A DNA stretch of 64,000 bases, from contig CBDCXM010000009.1 in assembly GCA_965223855.1 (NCBI GenBank), forward strand, positions 2,592,001 through 2,656,000, written 5' to 3'. Below, one piece after another: positions 1 to 9,716 of the stretch. The DNA comes from Candidatus Multivoradales bacterium. GTDB lineage: Bacteria; Acidobacteriota; Thermoanaerobaculia; Multivoradales; JAHEKO01. The notes under the pieces are model-generated. The model made no database searches. It was not told where the DNA came from and saw only the letters and a program-made list of their open reading frames with translations. The position numbers and the translations under genes are program-made. Each line of letters starts with the position of its first letter. Positions within the stretch are counted from its first letter, which is position 1.

Positions 1-1031
1 CACCAGTCACCGTAGAGGTAGACCCCTGAGAGCGCGCTGATGCGACTGCCACGGTAGACGAACCCACCCGTGATCGAGCAGTCGCCGCCGCTGTGGCCGT
101 AGTCGAGGATCGGCGCTGTGTAGCCGCTGTCGAAGCACGAAGCGGTGGCGCCCGGGCAGTTCGGGTTGATCGGATCGGGGTCGTGACAGGCGGTCCCTTC
201 CATTACCTGCCAGCCGTAGTTCTCGCCTCCCGGCGAGGAGGCCGGTTGGCGGGAGACCTCTTCGCGCAAGTCCTGCCCGACGTCGGCGATGAAGAGGTCG
301 CCTGTCGCACGATCGAAGGAGATTCGCCATGGGTTGCGGAAGCCGAGCGCCCAGATCTCGTCGAGCGGCGGGCCGGCACCGACGAACGGGTTGTCGGCCG
401 GAATGCCGTGGTAGGGAGGGGTAGCGACGCTCTGATCGACGTCGATCCTCAGTACCTTGCCGTGCAGCGTGGACGGGTTCTGGCTGCGGCACTCCGGGTC
501 GTTCTGGCCGCCGCCGTCGCCGAGCGCGATGTAGAGGTAGCCGTCGAGCGGGCCGAAGGCGATTGTGCCGCCCCGGTGCTGCCCGGTGAACTGCGGGATC
601 GTCAGCAGGACGACGCCGGACGCTCTATCGGCGACGTTCGGGTCGGCCGAGACTTCGTAACGGGCGATGATCGAGTTCGAGGCCGTGTCGGTGTAGTGGA
701 CGAAGAAGTAGCCGTTCGTGACGTAGTCCGGGTGAAACGCCATGCTCTTGAGACCCCCCTCGAGCCCCGATCCGGTCGAACCCGACAGGTCGAGGAACGG
801 CGTCGGCAGCACCTGCCCCTCTTCGTAGACGACGATCTCGGAGTACTGCTCGACGAGGAACAGACGCTCGTCTCCGGCGTGATGGATCGAGACGAGATTG
901 GAGAAGCCGCCTTCGAGCGGGTTGAGAGAGAGGGTGGGCAGTCCCTCTGTCTCGAGCGTTGTCGGCTCGAACGTCGCGGCCTCCGACATGGCGGCCGAGA
1001 GTGTGAGCATCAGCAGGGTGCGAGCGAGCAT
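1..1031 (-). CDS. PQQ-dependent sugar dehydrogenase (glucose/sorbosone dehydrogenase family), 3' end beyond window edge
   Basis: Not in the ORF track because it runs off the edge. Manual translation from ATG 1031 (GGAGG RBS) gives a signal peptide plus SMAFHPDYVTNGYFFVHYT, HRGGTIAFGPLDGYLYIALGDGG, IPADNPF, GFRNPWRISFD, ADVGQ and NYGW. Confidence 0.88.
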   Translation of the reverse strand, partial: MLARTLLMLTLSAAMSEAATFEPTTLETEGLPTLSLNPLEGGFSNLVSIHHAGDERLFLVEQYSEIVVYEEGQVLPTPFLDLSGSTGSGLEGGLKSMAFHPDYVTNGYFFVHYTDTASNSIIARYEVSADPNVADRASGVVLLTIPQFTGQHRGGTIAFGPLDGYLYIALGDGGGQNDPECRSQNPSTLHGKVLRIDVDQSVATPPYHGIPADNPFVGAGPPLDEIWALGFRNPWRISFDRATGDLFIADVGQDLREEVSRQPASSPGGENYGWQVMEGTACHDPDPINPNCPGATASCFDSGYTAPILDYGHSGGDCSITGGFVYRGSRISALSGVYLYGDW

Positions 1032-1074
1032 GGAACCTCCTGGGGCGTGAGTGGGCTCCGAGCCCCCGAGAATC

Positions 1075-2832
1075 CTAGGAGGCTGCCTTCTGCTCGGCTA
1101 TGAAGTCTTCGATCTGCTGTTCGAGCACGGACAGCGGAATGGAGCCGTTGAGGAGCACCGCGTCGTGGAACAGCCGGACGTCGAAGTCACCGCCCAGTTC
1201 CTGCTCGGCCCGCTTGCGAAGCTCCCGGATCTTGAGCTCGCCGATCTTGTAGGCGAGCGCCTGCCCGGGCCACGAGATGTAGCGATCGGTCTCGGTGCGG
1301 ATCTCGTGGAGTGACAGCGCCGTGTTCTCGGCCATGTAGTCGCGCATCTGCTGGCGGGTCCAGCCGAAGGCGTGGACGCCGGTGTCGACCACCAGGCGGC
1401 AGGCGCGCCACATCTCGTACGTCAGCCGGCCGAAGTTGGAGTAGGGGTCGGTGTAGAAGCCGGCCTCGAGCCCGAGCCACTCGGAGTAGAGGCCCCAGCC
1501 TTCCCCGAAAGCCGACAGGTAGGAGTAGCGGCGGAAGTTCGGCAGTCCCTCGAGTTCGGCGTTGAGCGAGATCTGGAAATGATGCCCCGGCACCGCCTCG
1601 TGGAGCGACAGCGCCTCGAGGTTGTAGAGCGATCGGGTGTCGAGGGCGTAGGTGTTGACCCAGTAGCGCCCCGGTTGGGTCGAGCCCTCCGGCGGCCCGA
1701 CGTAGCGGCCGGCGGTGTACTTGGGAGCGATGTCGTCCGGCACCGGCTCGACGGTGTAGGGGAGGCGCGGCATCGTCTTGAAGAGCGCCGGCAGCCTGCC
1801 GTCCATCGTCTTCGAGATGTAGGCCGCCTTCATCAGCAGCTCTTCGGCGCTCTTCGGGTAGAACTGCTCGTCGGTGCGCAGGAACTCGAGGAACTCGGCG
1901 AAGGTCCCTTCGAAGCCGACCTCGGCGATCACCTCTTCCATCTCGGCGCGGATCCGGGCCACCTCCGAGAGGCCGGTCTCGTGGACCTGCTCGGCGGTGA
2001 GATCGAGGGTGGTGAAGTTGCGGATCCGCTGGCGGTAGTACGCCTCGCCCTCGGGCAGGTCGACGGCGCCCAGGGTGTCGCGCGCTCCCGGCATGTACTC
2101 GTCGACCATGAAGTCGCGCAGCTCGCGGTAGCCGGGAACGATCGCCTCGGCAATCGCGGTCCGTGCCTCCTCGCGCAGTCGGGCATGGTCGGACTCGGGC
2201 ACGCCGACCGGGAACTCGCGGAACGGCTGGTAGAAGACGCTCGACTCGGGATCGTCGACGATCTGGGCCTCAAGGACCGCGTCGATACCGTCGAGAATGA
2301 TGCGCGGCTGGGTCATGCCACGCTCGAGCCCGAGCCGCATGTTGGCGATCTGCTGTGTGGCGTAGGTCGGCCACGCGCGCAGGCGGCTGAGGTAGTTCTC
2401 GTAGTCGCGGGTGGAGAGGAACGGCATGTTGAAGGGTTGGCGGGCGAAGCCGGAATAGAAGCCCGAATCGGCGTTGAACGGAATCTGCCAGCCGCCGAAG
2501 CGGTAGGAGTCGACCCGGTTCTGCAGCTGGTTCCTGAAGATGTCGAGATTGATGCGGTCGGTCGGCGAGAGTGCCTCCCGGTCGATCGCGTCGATCTCGG
2601 CCAGAAAGCCCTTCCACAGCCCGTCGCGGCGCTCGAGGTCCGCCCCATCCACCGACGGCAACAGGTGGTTGTAGTCGTGCACCCCCACGGACGTCGCCTG
2701 GAACGGATTCTCGCGCAGGCGCACGTCCCATTCGCGGTCGAAGATGTCGTGGAGCCGGGCGCTCTCGTCGGCCGGAAGGGAGACGGCGGACGTCGCTATC
2801 AGGAGGGTCAGGGCCAGGGTGAGACGTTTCAT
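1075..2832 (-). CDS. DUF885 family secreted protein (putative metallopeptidase)
   Basis: Signal peptide; HEAVPGHHFQ, AFGEGWGLYSE, RLVVDTGVH and RYISWPGQALAYKIG motifs. Confidence 0.92.
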   Translation of the reverse strand: MKRLTLALTLLIATSAVSLPADESARLHDIFDREWDVRLRENPFQATSVGVHDYNHLLPSVDGADLERRDGLWKGFLAEIDAIDREALSPTDRINLDIFRNQLQNRVDSYRFGGWQIPFNADSGFYSGFARQPFNMPFLSTRDYENYLSRLRAWPTYATQQIANMRLGLERGMTQPRIILDGIDAVLEAQIVDDPESSVFYQPFREFPVGVPESDHARLREEARTAIAEAIVPGYRELRDFMVDEYMPGARDTLGAVDLPEGEAYYRQRIRNFTTLDLTAEQVHETGLSEVARIRAEMEEVIAEVGFEGTFAEFLEFLRTDEQFYPKSAEELLMKAAYISKTMDGRLPALFKTMPRLPYTVEPVPDDIAPKYTAGRYVGPPEGSTQPGRYWVNTYALDTRSLYNLEALSLHEAVPGHHFQISLNAELEGLPNFRRYSYLSAFGEGWGLYSEWLGLEAGFYTDPYSNFGRLTYEMWRACRLVVDTGVHAFGWTRQQMRDYMAENTALSLHEIRTETDRYISWPGQALAYKIGELKIRELRKRAEQELGGDFDVRLFHDAVLLNGSIPLSVLEQQIEDFIAEQKAAS

Positions 2833-2902
2833 CGGCGGATTCCTTCGTTTGGAGTGAGCGGTCCAGCGCGTCGCTCGCGAGGCGCCGCCCTCACAGGTGG
2901 AT

Positions 2903-4456
2903 TCAGTCGGCTGGAGTGAACAGTGCGGCCATCATCTCGATGCCGTACCAGAGATTGGCGAGGCGCAGGTTCTCGTCGGGGGCGTGCTGGTTGTTGTCGT
3001 GGTTGGCGATCGGCACGATCACCATCGGGCTGCCGAGCACGCTCTCGAACAGGTAGAGGGGCAGCGAGCCGCCGAGGGACGGCATGAGGATGAGCTCCTC
3101 TCCGGCGACTCTTCGAGCTGCTTCGATCGCGAACTGTGCTTCTGCCGTGTCGAGGGGTGTGCGAGCGGCAGGGTAGCCCTCCCGCCGGTCGACCCGCGCG
3201 ATCTTCGGATGGGCGAGGCGAGTGTCGGCGTCCGGTTCTTCGTGGACGACGTGGTAGCCCTGGCGTTCGATGTGCCGCTCGACGACGTCGAGTATCCGCG
3301 CGGGATCGTCGCCCTTGACGAGGCGGATGTCGAGGCTCGCCGTCGCCTCGGTCGGGATGACGTTTCGCGCCCCGGCCCCGACTTCGGCACTCTTCATGCC
3401 GCGGATGTTGAGCGAAGGGAGCACCAGGCGGACCGCCAGCGGCGCTCCGGCGCCGTCGGTGGAGCCCTCGGCGAGCAGCAGCTCGCGTCGCAGCTGCTCG
3501 TCCGGATGAGGGAGCGATTTGATGATCTCGAACTCCTCAGGGGTCGGCGGGATCGAGTCCTGGAAGAAGTCGGCGATATCGACCCGGGCCTCCTCGTTCT
3601 TCATCGACGCCAGCAGCTCGGCGAGCCGCAGAGCCGGGTTGGGAGCCCAGTTGCCGTAATGACCGCTGTGCAGATAGCGAGCCGCGCCGTAGACCGTGAT
3701 GTCGAGGCCGGTGTAGCCGCGCACACCGAAGACGAGTTGCGGTCGACGGCTCTGGTGAACAGGTCCGTCACAGATCAGCCAGAGATCGACCTCGAGCTTG
3801 TCGGCGTGTTCGCGCATGTAGCTCTCGAGATGCGGGGAGCCGGCTTCCTCCTCCCCCTCGAAGAAGAACTTGAGGTTCACCCGCCGTTCGATGCCGGCCG
3901 CCTCGAGCGCGTCGATCGCGCCTAGGATGGCGGCGAACGGCGCCTTGTCGTCGCCTGCGCCGCGCCCGTAGATGCGCCACTCGGGATCGATCGCGTCGTC
4001 TGCCGCCGGGTAGTCGATCTCTTCGCCACCGCTCCCGAGCGCCCCCGAGACGAGAGTGGCGCTCCAGGGATCGAACGTCCACTCTTCCGGCACGACCGGC
4101 TGGCCGTCGTAGTGGAAGTAGACACCGACGGTCGTCTCGCTGCCCGCCGCTCCGGCAAGCTCACCGTAGACGATCGGTGGGACGCCGTCCTGCTGCCAGA
4201 TCTCCATCTTCGCGCCCCGGCTCTCGAAGGCCTCGACAATGTGACGGGCGTTGGCCTCCATCGCCTCGACGTCGGAAGCGACGTTGGGCAGGGCTAGGAA
4301 GCTCGCGTAGTCGGCGAGGATGGTGGCGCCGTTGGTCTGGTGGTAGTCGCGTGCTGCGAGAACCGCGGCGTCCTCCGCCGTGAGCGGCAGGGCCGCCGCG
4401 CCGGAAAAGAGAAGCAGGGCGGCGTTGACCGCGCTGCCGGAAGCTCGTCGAATCAT
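2903..4456 (-). CDS. M20/M25/M40 family metallo-hydrolase (secreted peptidase)
   Basis: HYDGQP, YGRGAGDDK, FEGEEEAGS, HSGHYG and NQHAPDENL motifs; N-terminal signal peptide. Confidence 0.9.
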   Translation of the reverse strand: MIRRASGSAVNAALLLFSGAAALPLTAEDAAVLAARDYHQTNGATILADYASFLALPNVASDVEAMEANARHIVEAFESRGAKMEIWQQDGVPPIVYGELAGAAGSETTVGVYFHYDGQPVVPEEWTFDPWSATLVSGALGSGGEEIDYPAADDAIDPEWRIYGRGAGDDKAPFAAILGAIDALEAAGIERRVNLKFFFEGEEEAGSPHLESYMREHADKLEVDLWLICDGPVHQSRRPQLVFGVRGYTGLDITVYGAARYLHSGHYGNWAPNPALRLAELLASMKNEEARVDIADFFQDSIPPTPEEFEIIKSLPHPDEQLRRELLLAEGSTDGAGAPLAVRLVLPSLNIRGMKSAEVGAGARNVIPTEATASLDIRLVKGDDPARILDVVERHIERQGYHVVHEEPDADTRLAHPKIARVDRREGYPAARTPLDTAEAQFAIEAARRVAGEELILMPSLGGSLPLYLFESVLGSPMVIVPIANHDNNQHAPDENLRLANLWYGIEMMAALFTPAD

Positions 4457-4533
4457 CGGGGTCCTCGTCTCGTAGTTGTCGGTCGCATTCTACTCGCGGG
4501 ATCGGCGGGGTCGGGAGCCTCGCGAAAGGGGGG

Positions 4534-4562
4534 TTGACAGGGAGCCGAAGGGCTCTTATAAT
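4534..4562 (+). promoter_or_regulatory. Consensus sigma70 promoter of arsR-arsM
   Basis: TTGACA (4534-4539), 17-bp spacer, TATAAT (4557-4562); a perfect consensus in a GC-rich background. Confidence 0.85.
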
Positions 4563-4577
4563 TGCACCATGGTGCAA
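4562..4577. promoter_or_regulatory. Putative ArsR operator (perfect 16-bp palindrome)
   Basis: TTGCACCATGGTGCAA overlaps the -10 box and the expected transcription start, upstream of arsR. Confidence 0.7.
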
Positions 4578-4608
4578 ACATAGCAAACATTCGCGGCAGG
4601 CTGAAGGC

Positions 4609-5070
4609 GTGTCGGGGAGTGCTGGCGGCTCGGATCCGCGTCCAGGGGGAGCTTTTCGCGGATCCGCGGCGCTCGACCCTGCATCCCGGGTCTCCTGCGA
4701 ACTCGACGGATTGCTGGATGCCCGCCTCTTCAAGGCGCTGGCCGATCCGAATCGAGTCGTACTGCTGAGCAGGCTGGCCGGCTGCAGGACGCCGCAGACG
4801 GTCGGTGCCCTCAACGACTGCTGCCCGGTCGACCTGTCCGTCGTGTCGCGACATCTCGCCGCGCTGCGCGATGCAGGACTCGTGCGAGCCGAGAAGCGTG
4901 GGCGCGAGGTCTACTACGAGGTCTGCTGCGGCGAGGTCGCGGCCTGGTTGCGCCGTCTGGCCGACGCCTTCGAGACCTGCGCCGCGACCACAGAAGAGAA
5001 CTCGTCGGACGCCACGGGTCCGAGCCGTCAGGACGGTCCCTCGGGGACCGGGAAAGGAAGTCGCGCATGA
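4609..5070 (+). CDS. arsR: ArsR/SmtB family metalloregulator (start uncertain)
   Basis: FKALADPNRVVLL, DCCPVDLSVVSRHLAALRDAGLV and KRGREVYY; Cys-rich. The stop overlaps the arsM start (ATGA). The ORF-track TTG start at 4534 is the -35 box; in-frame GTG 4609 or TTG 4711 are more plausible. Confidence 0.85.
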   Translation: MSGSAGGSDPRPGGAFRGSAALDPASRVSCELDGLLDARLFKALADPNRVVLLSRLAGCRTPQTVGALNDCCPVDLSVVSRHLAALRDAGLVRAEKRGREVYYEVCCGEVAAWLRRLADAFETCAATTEENSSDATGPSRQDGPSGTGKGSRA

Positions 5071-5948
5071 GTGTGCACGAATCCGTTCGCAAGCGAGTGC
5101 GATCGAGCTACGGCGCGGCGGTGAGCGAGGGTCGCAGTTGTTGCGGCGACGCCGTACCGCGAGGTGTCGCCGTCGAGACCGCAGGCTACAGCCGGGAGGA
5201 GATCGCCTCGCTGCCGAACGAAGCGGTCGTCAACTCGTTCGGCTGCGGCAATCCGCTGGCCTTCAGCGAGGTCGCCGAGGGTCAGACCGTGCTCGACCTC
5301 GGCAGCGGCGCCGGGATCGACCTGTTGCTGGCCGCTCAGAGAGTCGGCCCGACCGGCAGAGTGATCGGGGTCGACATGACCGACGAGATGATCGCCCGCG
5401 CCCGCGACACGGTGTCGAAGGCGGGCCTCGCCAACGTCGAGATCCGCAAGGGGCTGATCGAGGAGCTTCCCGTGGAGTCGTCGAGCGTCGACTGGGTGAT
5501 CTCCAACTGCGTCATCAACCTGTCGCCCGAAAAGGACCGCGTGTTCGCCGAGATCTCGCGGGTGCTGAGGCCGGGTGGCCGGGTGTCGATCTCCGACATC
5601 GTCGTCGAATCGATGCCGTGGTGGCTGCGCAGGAGTCGGAGACTGCACTGCGCCTGCGTGGCCGGCGCGATCTCGGAGGACGACTACGTCGAGGGTCTGA
5701 GGCGGGCCGGCCTCGTGGAGGTCGAGGTGCCCGAGAGGCTCGTCTACGAGGCCTCGCAGCTCGAGGCGCTCGCCACTTCCGACATCGCGACCGTTCGCGG
5801 GCCTGCCTTCATGCGGAAACTCGCCGGTGGTCTGGTCGGACGGGCCGCGCGAGGGTTCGAGGGCAAGGTGTGGAGTGCGAAGTTCGTCGGCCGGCTGCCC
5901 GAGGAATCCGAGACTTCGAACCACGGAGCCCCGAGCTGCTGCTCCTGA
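5067..5948 (+). CDS. arsM: Arsenite S-adenosylmethionine methyltransferase
   Basis: SFGCGNP, VLDLGSGAGID, GVDMTDEM, VISNCVINLSPEK and CVAGA; N-terminal SCC and C-terminal SCCS; directly downstream of arsR. Confidence 0.88.
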   Translation: MSVHESVRKRVRSSYGAAVSEGRSCCGDAVPRGVAVETAGYSREEIASLPNEAVVNSFGCGNPLAFSEVAEGQTVLDLGSGAGIDLLLAAQRVGPTGRVIGVDMTDEMIARARDTVSKAGLANVEIRKGLIEELPVESSSVDWVISNCVINLSPEKDRVFAEISRVLRPGGRVSISDIVVESMPWWLRRSRRLHCACVAGAISEDDYVEGLRRAGLVEVEVPERLVYEASQLEALATSDIATVRGPAFMRKLAGGLVGRAARGFEGKVWSAKFVGRLPEESETSNHGAPSCCS

Positions 5949-5975
5949 CGATGCGGGGACGGCCCTGGCCGTCCG

Positions 5976-6656
5976 CTACTCGTCGAGTTCGGCATTCCCG
6001 GCGTCGGCGGTAGCTGCCGGGTCTGCTGCCGGATCGAGGGACGGCGGCAGCAGGATGCCGCCCGAGATCACCATCCGTACTCCCTCCTCGACGGTCATCG
6101 GCAGGTCGGTGGTCCGGTCGCGGGGTACCAGCAGAAGGTAGCCGCTGGTCGGATTCGGTGTCGTCGGCAGGAAGACGAGGACGAAGTCGTCGGTGCGCGG
6201 GTGGACCTGCGGCCACCTGCTGCTGCCGGTGACGAAGGCGATGGCGAACATATCCTTGTGGGGGTACTCGATCAGGACCACTCGCTTGAACGCCTCGCTC
6301 TTGTCACGTGCGAGCGCCTCCATCACACCCTTGGTGCCGAGGTAGATCGCCCCGCCGACCGGGATGCGCGTGATGAGGGTCTCGAGCGCGCCGACGATTC
6401 GACGGCCGACGAAATTGCTGGACAGCCAGCCGAGGAGCAGGACCGACAGCAGGGTCAGGATGAGTCCGAGCCCGGGCACGTAGAAGCCCGGGAACCAGGG
6501 GTCCATCCACTGCTGGATCGCCGGCGCGAAGAAGCCGTCCATCACCTGGAACAGCTTGATCAGCACCCAGGCCGACAGCGCCACCGGGGCGAGGATCACG
6601 AGTCCGGTGAGGAAGTTGCGCCTGAGCCGCGCTCGGATGGGGGTTCCTTCGTTCAT
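5976..6656 (-). CDS. DUF502 family membrane protein
   Basis: FLTGLVILAP, RVVLIEYP and FLPTTPNPTSGYL motifs. Confidence 0.9.
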   Translation of the reverse strand: MNEGTPIRARLRRNFLTGLVILAPVALSAWVLIKLFQVMDGFFAPAIQQWMDPWFPGFYVPGLGLILTLLSVLLLGWLSSNFVGRRIVGALETLITRIPVGGAIYLGTKGVMEALARDKSEAFKRVVLIEYPHKDMFAIAFVTGSSRWPQVHPRTDDFVLVFLPTTPNPTSGYLLLVPRDRTTDLPMTVEEGVRMVISGGILLPPSLDPAADPAATADAGNAELDE

Positions 6657-6680
6657 CCCTGTCGTCTTGGTGCCGGTCCG

Positions 6681-8591
6681 TCAGCCGGCCAGCCTGTCCT
6701 CGATCTGCTCGAGGCTGCCGCGATGACCGAGCACGGTCACACGGTCGCCTCGGCGCAGGCGAGTGTAGCCGTGGCAGAGGATCGATGCGCCGTCACGCTC
6801 GACCGAGAGCACCAGAACGTCGAGCGGGAGCTGCAGGTCGCGCAGGGCGATTCCGTGGAGCTGCGGGCTGCGGACGGGGATCTCGACGATGTCGCGATCG
6901 TCGTCCATCCCGACCACCATGCCGGTGAGGGCGGGGGAGCGCACGAAATGATCGAGCACGTTGACGAGCGCCACGCTCGGATCGATCGCGGTCGCCCCAT
7001 AGCGTCGGCAGGCGGCGCCCGCTTCCTGACTGCTGACCCGCGCGACGACGTTCGAAACGCCGAGCTCGTCGTGCGCCAGGCGGCTGAGCTCGACGTTGGC
7101 GTCTTCGTCCATCAGGCCGATCAGGGTTCGCGCCGAGTCGGCACCGATCCGCCTCAGCTCGGAGGCCGACAGCTGATCGATCCGGACGACCTCGAGGTCG
7201 GGCGGGACGTCGACCGGAACCTCGCGCCGGGTGACGAGGGTCGTGCGCCAGCCGTGATCGAGGAGTTGACGGGCGAGCGCCCAGGCCTGGGTGTCGAGGC
7301 CGAAGACCAGGGCTCGAGGGGCGCCCGAGACCCCATCGGTCAGATCGGCACGAGCCTCTCCGACCCGCCGAAGGATCCATTTGGCCGGCGGCGGCCCCAG
7401 CACCTGGTTGACGACGATCACGGCGATCATCGTCGTGGCGAAAGTGCCGCCCCATTCTGGGAAGTCGACCGCGACCTCTTTCGCCAGGCCGAGCCCGATC
7501 CCGGCCTGGGTCAGCATGCCGAACCAGACTCGTCGACGGACGTTGGCGGGGGCGCCACCGACCCAGCCGCCGATCCAGGTCCCGGCGATCATCGCCACCA
7601 GCCGGACGAGGAGCAGCAGCAACGCGACTCGCCACGCGATTCCAAGCGAGGCGAGGTCGAGGGAGGCGCCGGCGAGCGTGAAGAAGCCGAGGTATACGAA
7701 GGGCCCGGTCGCTTTCAGCACGCGCTCGAAATCGTTGCGGAAGCTCGACAGGTTGCTGACGACGAAGCCGGCCACGAGGCAGACGAGCAGTGGCTCGATG
7801 AAGATCTCGAACGGCCCTCCCTCGTGGGTCGCCCGGCGGATCGCGCCGCTCGCGGCGTAGACGCCCAGGCCTACGCCGAGCAGCAGCAGAGCTCGGAGTT
7901 GGAGATTGCGCGTCAGGCTGAGGAGCCAATGGAGAAGACCGCCGACCAGCGCTCCCGCCACCCCGGCGACCAGCAGCTCTCCCGCTACAAGCAGCAGCAG
8001 ACCGGCCTCGAAGTCCGCCGATCGCAACAGAACGTCGGCGACTGAGGTGCTGACGGCGAAGAGCAGGATCACCACCACATCGAGAGCGACCGTCACTCCC
8101 ATCAGCAGTCGGGTGAAGGGACCTCGTGCACGCAGTTCCGACACCAGCGCCATGAGTGAGGACGGCGATCGGGAGACGAGGATCGCCGCCGCGACGAAGG
8201 CGACTCCGAGCCGGCCGCGCTCGTCGAGGCCGGCGAGGAAGGGGACCGACTCCCCGAGCGAGGTGAGAACCGGCACCACGAGGGCGTACGAGGCGGCGAC
8301 GATGCCGAAGGTGATCCACCAGATGCGGCGCAGCTGCTGGCGGATCTCCCGGTAGTGGAGCTCTGCGCCGGCGGCGAAGGCGATGAACGACAGCGCGATC
8401 TGATCGAGCACCCGGAGACGAACGACGTCTTCGGCCGTCAGCACGCCGAGGACGTACGGCCCGATGAGGATGCCGGCGGCGAGGAAGCCTGTGATGACCG
8501 GCAGGCGGAGTCGCTTCGCCCCCCGGCCGATCCACTCGGCGGAGAGCATCAGGACCCCGAACAGGGTCAGAAGAAGCGCGAAGTCAGACAC
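6681..8591 (-). CDS. Cation:proton antiporter (CPA2/Kef-like) with TrkA-N and TrkA-C (RCK) domains
   Basis: About 13 hydrophobic segments (IAFAAGAEL, TQAGIGLGLA), then a Rossmann-like RCK-N and an RCK-C domain (GYTRLRRGDRVTVLG). Confidence 0.85.
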   Translation of the reverse strand: MSDFALLLTLFGVLMLSAEWIGRGAKRLRLPVITGFLAAGILIGPYVLGVLTAEDVVRLRVLDQIALSFIAFAAGAELHYREIRQQLRRIWWITFGIVAASYALVVPVLTSLGESVPFLAGLDERGRLGVAFVAAAILVSRSPSSLMALVSELRARGPFTRLLMGVTVALDVVVILLFAVSTSVADVLLRSADFEAGLLLLVAGELLVAGVAGALVGGLLHWLLSLTRNLQLRALLLLGVGLGVYAASGAIRRATHEGGPFEIFIEPLLVCLVAGFVVSNLSSFRNDFERVLKATGPFVYLGFFTLAGASLDLASLGIAWRVALLLLLVRLVAMIAGTWIGGWVGGAPANVRRRVWFGMLTQAGIGLGLAKEVAVDFPEWGGTFATTMIAVIVVNQVLGPPPAKWILRRVGEARADLTDGVSGAPRALVFGLDTQAWALARQLLDHGWRTTLVTRREVPVDVPPDLEVVRIDQLSASELRRIGADSARTLIGLMDEDANVELSRLAHDELGVSNVVARVSSQEAGAACRRYGATAIDPSVALVNVLDHFVRSPALTGMVVGMDDDRDIVEIPVRSPQLHGIALRDLQLPLDVLVLSVERDGASILCHGYTRLRRGDRVTVLGHRGSLEQIEDRLAG

Positions 8592-8768
8592 GGGTCCCTC
8601 GGCTCCGGCTTGCGGAGCCGGGGGAGGGTATCAGCACCTCGGCGGACGGAGCGCCGGCCCGTCTTTCTCGCCCTGCCATGGCGTGGCAGCGCGGATCTGG
8701 CGAGATAGTTCCTCAAGTTGACGATTCCGCCACTTTTCTCGAGAACGGATCTCGGTCAGCATTCCGCC

Positions 8769-9707
8769 ATGAACGATGGATCGAACGCCCGGGCAGCCTC
8801 GGCATGGGCTCTCGCCCTCGCCTTCGCGGCCGTCTACATCATCTGGGGCTCCACGTATCTGGGGATCCGGGTCGCGATCGAGACGATTCCGCCGTTTCTG
8901 ATGGTCGGGGTGCGGTTCTTCGCCGCCGGGGCGATCCTCTTCGCGTGGTCGCTGTGGCGGGGCGACCCGCTGCCGCGGGCGGTCCACTGGCGCTCGGCGG
9001 CGATCATCGGCGCTCTGCTGCTGGTCTCCGGCAACGGGCTCCTGGCGTGGGGAGAGAAGACGATCCCTTCGGGGGTCGCGGCGCTGATCGTCGGCACGGT
9101 GCCCCTGTGGATGGTGATCCTCGAGGCATTGCGACCGTCCGGCGACCGGCCCGGGAAGGCGGTCATCCTCGGGCTGGCGCTGGGGACCGTGGGCATCGCG
9201 GTTCTCGTCGGCCCCGGTGATCTCGGAAAGCCGCTCGATGGGGCAGGCGCCACCGCCATCCTGGTGGCGGCGCTCTCGTGGGCGGCGGGGTCGATCTACT
9301 CGCGGAGCGCCCCGCTGACTTCCTCGACCCTCCAGAACGTCGGCATGGAGATGCTCGCCGGCGGGATGCTGCTCGGCTTGGTCTCCGTCTCGCTCGGTGA
9401 GAGCGTCGAGTGGGCTGCCGTCTCCGCACGCTCCCTGTGGGCGCTCGTCTATCTGTCGGTGGTCGGCGGCCTCGTCGGCTACTCCGCCTACCTGTGGCTG
9501 CTGAAGGTCTCGACCCCGGCGAAGGTGGCGACCTATGCCTATGTCAACCCGGTGGTGGCGGTAATCCTCGGATGGGCGGTAGCCGGCGAGGTCGTCGATC
9601 GACGGGTCGTGCTGGCCGGAGCGGCCGTGCTCGCCGCCGTGATCCTGATCACGACGAGTCGCGCAGCTGGAAAGGACGGGAGCGGCGAGATCGATGCGGA
9701 GCGTTAG
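8769..9707 (+). CDS. EamA/DMT family transporter (YedA-like)
   Basis: VYIIWGSTYLGI and TYAYVNPVVAVILG; about 10 TM segments. Start taken at ATG 8769. Confidence 0.9.
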   Translation: MNDGSNARAASAWALALAFAAVYIIWGSTYLGIRVAIETIPPFLMVGVRFFAAGAILFAWSLWRGDPLPRAVHWRSAAIIGALLLVSGNGLLAWGEKTIPSGVAALIVGTVPLWMVILEALRPSGDRPGKAVILGLALGTVGIAVLVGPGDLGKPLDGAGATAILVAALSWAAGSIYSRSAPLTSSTLQNVGMEMLAGGMLLGLVSVSLGESVEWAAVSARSLWALVYLSVVGGLVGYSAYLWLLKVSTPAKVATYAYVNPVVAVILGWAVAGEVVDRRVVLAGAAVLAAVILITTSRAAGKDGSGEIDAER

Positions 9708-9716
9708 GATCCCGCC

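Noticed and set aside
93-1103. Long + strand ORF, and similar long antisense ORFs such as 1372-2919, 6201-8045, 35897-38842, 46589-48751 and 55462-57723
   Set aside because: Shadow frames of real opposite-strand genes in high-GC DNA; they have no motifs and are R/G/V-biased.
5940-5960. Possible selenocysteine read-through at the arsM TGA after CCS
   Set aside because: No recognisable SECIS; SCCS is a plausible natural ArsM terminus, and a convergent gene ends 27 bp downstream.
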